Positions 58,057-64,000 of a stretch of 64,000 bases of DNA are shown piece after piece. The DNA lies in contig OX597823.1 in assembly GCA_951406725.2 (NCBI GenBank), positions 30,876,001 through 30,940,000 of the forward strand. Direction: 5' to 3'. The DNA is from Octopus vulgaris (taxonomy: Eukaryota). Position 1 is the first letter of the stretch; the number at the start of each line of letters is the position of its first letter. The notes below the pieces were generated by a model. The model made no database searches. It was not told the origin of the DNA and was given only the letters and a program-made list of their open reading frames with translations. The position numbers and the translations under genes were made by a program.

Positions 58057-58553
58057 TAGTGAATTGAAGAAATGGAGTTGAACGAAGATTGAACAGAAAT
58101 CGTTTTATTGCATTCTACACGTGTTTCGAAAGGCACAATTTACCAAATTCCGATTGAATAAGGAGACCATATTGTGTCTTTCTCTTCAGGAAGAAATAGG
58201 AAATCCGTTGGAAAAAACAAAAACAGAACAGAGGCGGAGCAAAACAAATCGAACGAGGCTCCTAAGAGCCCATGGCCAAACTGTTTATCAATGTATGTTG
58301 AAAACTGGTGGTGGGTGCGTTGAAGGTTTTAACGGGTCAGGCAGCGGTCATTCCGGTGGGTGGTAGCACAGGGTGCTTAGATGTTCTTTGTGACCGAGAC
58401 TAAAGTTCTGACTATTTAAAGAATATTAGGTGTATTATATGGGGCGAGCAAAATCTACTTAGAAACATGTGTGTGTGTACTGTTCTATAGAACAGTACAG
58501 TAATAAAACGATTTCTGTTCAATCTTCGTTCAACTCAATTTCTTCAATTCACT
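58057..58553 (-). mobile_element. PLE-like insertion bounded by 50-bp inverted repeats; hammerhead at 58112-58193
   Basis: 58058-58108 mirrors 58501-58552. Reverse strand: UUC-CUGAAGA-GAAAGACACAAU...AUUGUGCCUUUC-GAAA-CACGUG-UA-GAA. Confidence 0.75.
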
Positions 58554-58709
58554 AATAATATTAAAATTCAATTATCCGCACCAACGCACGGTTGCAACAC
58601 CATATGGTTGTACCTCCAACCGTGCTGTCTTCTGCTGTGATGTTTGCTACAAAGGTATCGGTTAAACTTTTGATTAATCTGCAACAAGATTATTCATCTT
58701 TCTATTTCA

Positions 58710-58789
<80 letters not shown>

Positions 58790-58791
<2 letters not shown>

Positions 58792-58950
58792 GACGGGCTT
58801 CTTTCAGTTCCCATCTACCAAATCCACTCACGAGGCTTTGATCGGCCTGAAGCTATAGTAGAAGATATTTACCTAAGGTGCCACCCAGTGGGACTGAACC
58901 CGGAGCCACGTTGCTGGGATGCAAGCTTCTTACTACACAGCGACACCTGT
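58790..58950 (-). mobile_element. SINE family B 5' half
   Basis: Homology to other copies. Confidence 0.8.
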
Positions 58951-60446
58951 TGACTCCTCTTACCTAGCTCACTTGAAAAAAGCCGGACAGAGTAAAATCG
59001 GATGCGAAAATGGCGACTAACAAAACATTTACTGTCGTTCCGTTTCCAATGCTGTAAAGCTTTAAACACTTAATAAAAAATTTGCTAAATACTACGTGGA
59101 GGCTTAATATTAAGATGTTAACTTTGGAATAACTCCCATATATTTTTCAATTCAAGTTTCTAGTAAATAAATAATTTATATTGATAACCTTACTTAACTA
59201 AAGGTTTTATCAGTTTTATCATTCCAGAAATAAATCAAGTGGAGATTCGCTTTTCTGCATTGCGAACAATAATAAGTATATAGAGCGTTCAGAAAGTCTC
59301 TCCGCTGTAAATTTTTTCATCCTGACTCTTCAAGAGTCAGACTTACCAAGATGTATGTCAAAACATGTGTAGAAGAGTCAACTTATGTACTGAAAATGAA
59401 GGACGACACTTTCAACACCTCTTATAAGTTTTTTTTGTTAAAGTCTACCAAATCCACTCACAATGCTTTGATCGGCCCAAGGCTATAGTAGAATACACTT
59501 GCCTAAGGTACCACGCAGTGGAACTGAACCCAGAGCCATGTAGTTCGTAAGCAAGCTACTTACAACACAGCACCCCTGTGTGTTTCATACATGTGTTTGT
59601 ATGTGTATGTGTGTGCGTGTGTGTATTTGCATGTGTGTATGTGCGTGTGTGTGTCTAATTGCACATTTATAAGATGAAGGACTGAACTTGTAAAGTCTAA
59701 TATATTCTTTTGTAGTTTTATACCATCTTATTTATTTTGCAATAAAATACTTACTGCGGAGAAACTTTTTGAACACCCTGTACAAGGCGGGTGGAACACC
59801 ATTTCATCTGAAATTTAGTGATTTGCAAGATTTATTGTGCAACTAGTTTCGTTATGGTGAATTTATGACATTCTACACACACACACACACACACGTATGC
59901 ATGTAGATTTGCACGCATTATAACACAATTTATAAGACCAAGAAGAAGCTAGAGATTTAATCTGTCGGATTTATTCGTTCAGAAGATCTAAGAGTACATT
60001 TTGATATCTATTCTTGCTAATATCGAATAATCTTTCACTAGATTTGCGCTAAGGCCTAAACCTGTTGCGGTAGGGCTTAAGCCAGTAAGGAACCGGATAA
60101 GAAACGTTATATCTTATTCTTCTACGAATACAGCAGAATGCCAGCGACATTTCTGCTTCTCAAAAACTTAAACTATTAACCTTCCTCTAAAAGTATGATA
60201 TCATTATTACTACTTACTACACTGAAGTTTAAATAATTAACAACATTCACAACAACATTTCTACTGGCCTCCAGATAATTTTGATATTTTCTACCAATTA
60301 ACTGTTTAAGAAAGAAAAAATTAATTAGGAACAAATTATCGTCAGTGAATCTGCAGCAAACACCATGCATCCATGATGTTTACGCAAATCGAGATTTTCT
60401 CCCGGCATATATTATAAAAATACCGAATACATACAAACACACACAC

Positions 60447-60502
<56 letters not shown>

Positions 60503-60898
60503 ATATATATATTTGTGTGTGTGTGCACATTTATACATTACTGTTAAGTAAGACTCAATAAAAAGGTACTCCATTCCATCCAGTGACAGATAAATATAAT
60601 TTAATGTACACTGAATTAAAATAAGATCTGCTAATTGTTTATTAAGACACGATGTTAGACATGCTTTTATAACATGCCTTGTGTCTCCAAGCAGTGTATG
60701 AGCTCTGAGGACATAGTTTTAATACATTGTACATTAAATTATATATATATATATATATAAATTTAGGATATAAAAAATATAAATACCAGTTATGTTAGAA
60801 AGAAGAGTCACCTCTCCAAAGTCACATATTTCTCACTATAAACAAAATAGTGATAACGAAGTGAATATAAGACAAAACACAAAATAGGGTACTGTCAT

Positions 60899-60953
60899 CT
60901 GAGTATCAATTGATTTCACCTTTAGTGACAAGCACTTAGGCTCATCAGCTGAG
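60899..60953 (-). ncRNA. Minimal hammerhead ribozyme motif, canonical core
   Basis: Reverse strand: AG-CUGAUGA-GCCU...AGGU-GAAA-UCAAUUGA-UA-CU; palindrome AUCAAUUGAU. Confidence 0.7.
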
Positions 60954-61065
60954 TTTACTGAATATAACTAGTTATATATATATATACTACACCGTGCGCG
61001 CCTGTTCGTTTGAATGCCCCTGCGACATTCAGAAACGAACGATAGTAATTAAAATTTAGAAAATA

Positions 61066-61237
61066 AGATATCATTATAATTAAAAATAATAATAATAAAG
61101 GGTCCAGCAAGCCTAATCAATATAGGTAAATATATATAAAAATTTAAGATATAAAATTTTTTTTATATGTATTTACCCATATTGGTTAAGCTTGCTGACC
61201 ACTTTATTATTATTATGTTTAATAATAATGATATCTT
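61066..61237. repeat. Imperfect AT-rich palindrome
   Basis: AAGATATCATTAT...CAGCAAGCCTAATCAATATAGGTAAATA / TATTTACCCATATTGGTTAAGCTTGCTG...ATAATGATATCTT. Confidence 0.8.
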
Positions 61238-61271
61238 TTTATATATACATATGTGTGTGTGTATGTATATT

Positions 61272-61480
61272 CTCTCTTTCTCTTTTATTTGTTTCAGTCA
61301 TTTGACTGCGGCCATGCTGGAGCACTGCCTTTAGTCGAGCAAATCGACCCCGGGACTTATTCGTTGTAAGCCCAGTACTTATTCTATCGGTCTCTTTTGC
61401 CGAACCGCTAAGTGACGGGGACGTAAACACACCAGCATCGGTTGTCAAGCAATGCTAGGGGGACAAACACAGACACACAA

Positions 61481-61519
<39 letters not shown>

Positions 61520-61687
61520 CATATATACGACAGGCTTCTTTCAGTTTCCGTCTACCAAATCCACTCACAAGGCATTGGTCGGCCCAGGGCTATAGCAGAA
61601 GACACTTGCCCAAGGTGCCACGCAGTGGGACTGAACCCGGAACCATGTGGTTGGTTAGCAAGCTACTTACCACACAGCCACTCCTGC

Positions 61688-61690
<3 letters not shown>
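61272..61690 (-). mobile_element. SINE family B, full length
   Basis: Near-identical reverse complement of 62043-62450. Confidence 0.9.
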
Positions 61691-61747
<57 letters not shown>

Positions 61748-62042
61748 ATATATATGTATGTGTGTGTGTGTGTATGTATATCCCTGTATGGGTTAGAGGT
61801 TACGCAACCATCTAAGGGATAATAAATATCCAATATACTACTGGGTGTATACCTACGTATTTGTATCCAAGTACTTACTATTGCAGGGCAGTATCGGAAT
61901 TGAATACTAGTTATGAGTGGGGGTAAAATAGAAATTTACCCAGAATTTATAAGACAAATAAGAAAATGGAGAGGATAATCAATCGACAAGCATCAGCCTG
62001 TAGACATTCATTTGTATCTATTTATTAATTGGTTACAATCAT

Positions 62043-62450
62043 AGGCGCAGGAGTGGCTGTGTGGTAAGTAGCTTGCTAACCAACCACATGGTTCCGTGTT
62101 CAGTCCCACTGCGTGGCATCTTGGGCAAGTGTCTTCTGCTATAGCCCCGGGCCGACCAATGCCTTGTGAGTGGATTTGGTAGACGGACACTGAAAGAAGC
62201 CTGTCGTATATATGTATATATATATATGTGTGTGTGTGTTTGTGTGTCTGTGTTTGTTCCTCTAGCATTGCTTGACAACCGATGCTGGTGTGTTTACGTC
62301 CCCGTCACTTAGCGGTTCGGCAAAAGAGACCGATAGAATAAGTACTGGGCTTACAAAGAATACGTCCCGGGGTCGATTTGCTCGACTAAAGGCGGTGCTC
62401 CAGCATGGCCGCAGTCAAATGACTGAAACAAGTAAAAGAGTAAAAAAAGA
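62043..62450 (+). mobile_element. SINE family B, full length
   Basis: Intact head GGCGCAGGAGTGGCTGTGTGGTAAGTAG and tail. Confidence 0.9.
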
Positions 62451-62559
62451 GTATATGCATAAGTAATCAAAATAAACGAATCAAATAAGCAAATAAACAA
62501 ATAAATAGATAAATAAAAATAAACAAATGAAAAAGAATAAATGAATGAAAAATACTAAG

Positions 62560-62683
62560 CCCTTACAGCTGTTTCTGCCAAATTTTCCACATCATGACAG
62601 AAATATACAGGGATTTTACAAAGGATAAACAAACATTGGACTGCGGTTGGGCAATTACTGAGCCCCAAAGCATCATCAGAGAT
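62560..62683 (-). ncRNA. Hammerhead motif with long helix II insertion
   Basis: Reverse strand: UCU-CUGAUGA-UGC...(about 90 nt)...GCA-GAAA-CAGCUG-UA-AGG; palindrome ACAGCUGU. Confidence 0.65.
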
Positions 62684-64000
62684 ACTATAATGTTAGGAAT
62701 CTAACTTGTGGGGAAATAGGGTAAAATAATAAAATAAAATAAAATAAAATAATAATATAATAGAAATAGTAAGGAATGGTAAAAAACGTCAATTCTAAGG
62801 TGATATCCATAATCCATGGGATTACATCTTATGGTAAAGAAAGTCTCCTTCAGGAGTAATCTCCACAGGTTATGAGAGTTAGGTCCTATTACAATTTTAC
62901 TGTGGGAAATAGCAAGGGTAAGACGTTGTGGAGTGAGTTTAATGGGATGATCTATATAGCAGGGGTCAAAAGTTAGAGGCTAATTGCTTTTTAATAGAGC
63001 ATCATAAAAAGAATTGAGAAAGTTAACTCATGTGAACTTGATTGGGGAAATCAATACATAAGTATTTCAATGAAAGAATAATTTGGGTAAAACCTTAGTG
63101 CGATGTTATTACTTATTACTTATTACTTGTTAACAAAAATCTCATCCTAACACCCCTATGAAAAATAGTGTGAGGCCATAGTTAATCCTGCAACTTAATT
63201 GGTCCACTAATATTTGAAAACAATGGCGTTGTTCAAGTCCGTTAAATTTGTCAATAAAATCGAAAACAAATAAAAACGAAAAATAAAAGTATTTAAGGAA
63301 TGAATTGTCTAAGGAGCCTTACTCAATGAATGGACGATGAGTAGTGCCTACGTTTATGAGTATAGTACTTTTTAAAATATATCTGAGATATATTGAATTT
63401 ACAAGTCTGAACGAGAAAAATAAAGGATGAAGCAATGAATGGAAAAAATAAACAATACTGGACTCTATTGGAGGGAGGTGGCCGATTAGTACATTAACGT
63501 ATTATGTTTTAATACAGAATTATTAACTTAAATGCCCGACAAATAATGGGATGAATATATGAGCAATATATACTCAAAAATAGACGCTGATTAAAACAGA
63601 ACTTAAAAATCCACGTGCAAAAAGTATCACGCCACTTACGAAACGAACCAGTATGCAAATTAGAAGGTAGTCCAAAAGTTCACTTTAAAAGGACACGAGG
63701 TGAACGCATGAAATAAAGAAGAGTCAGCAAACTTATTTCGATACTTAGAACATAGAATTAAATTAGAGCAATATAACACGTATTAAAATGCAGAGAGAAA
63801 TTATGCACTCATGTAAGATTTAGGGAATATTATTCCGTTATGGATAGATCTAAGTTATACCGTTAAATTTACAAGTAATTGTCCGTAATAGAAAAGCAAA
63901 AGTGGAAATGAATGAATGAAAATGTATTCAGACTTATAAACTATAATTGAAGGGAGGTAACTGTGTATTACGTTCCCATTTCATAATAATAATAATAATG

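Overview
Eukaryotic, AT-rich, microsatellite-saturated DNA. The SINE families and repeat landscape suggest an octopus (coleoid cephalopod) genome; this is inferred from recalled repeat families and was not checked against a database. No intact protein-coding gene was found. The only candidate host-gene sequence is one clean 63-nt minus-strand exon (20676-20738), so the window is probably intronic or intergenic. Nearly all supplied ORFs are simple-repeat artefacts. Recognisable content: three abundant tRNA-derived SINE families; decayed L1/Tx1, RTE and Penelope-like (GIY-YIG) retroelements; mariner and maT remnants; Helitrons; MITEs, one carrying a (CCCTAA)n array. The main unannotated signal is about 18 short elements, many in (TA)n tracts, each carrying a minimal type-I hammerhead ribozyme (HHR) motif. 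In most, helix III is replaced by a perfect palindrome whose sequence differs between families. Family-wide core variants occur (U3-A8, A6U, U4C), and one motif is physically linked to a Penelope GIY-YIG remnant. Many large inverted repeats and head-to-head SINE pairs are also present. Coordinates were read by eye and may be off by a few bases.
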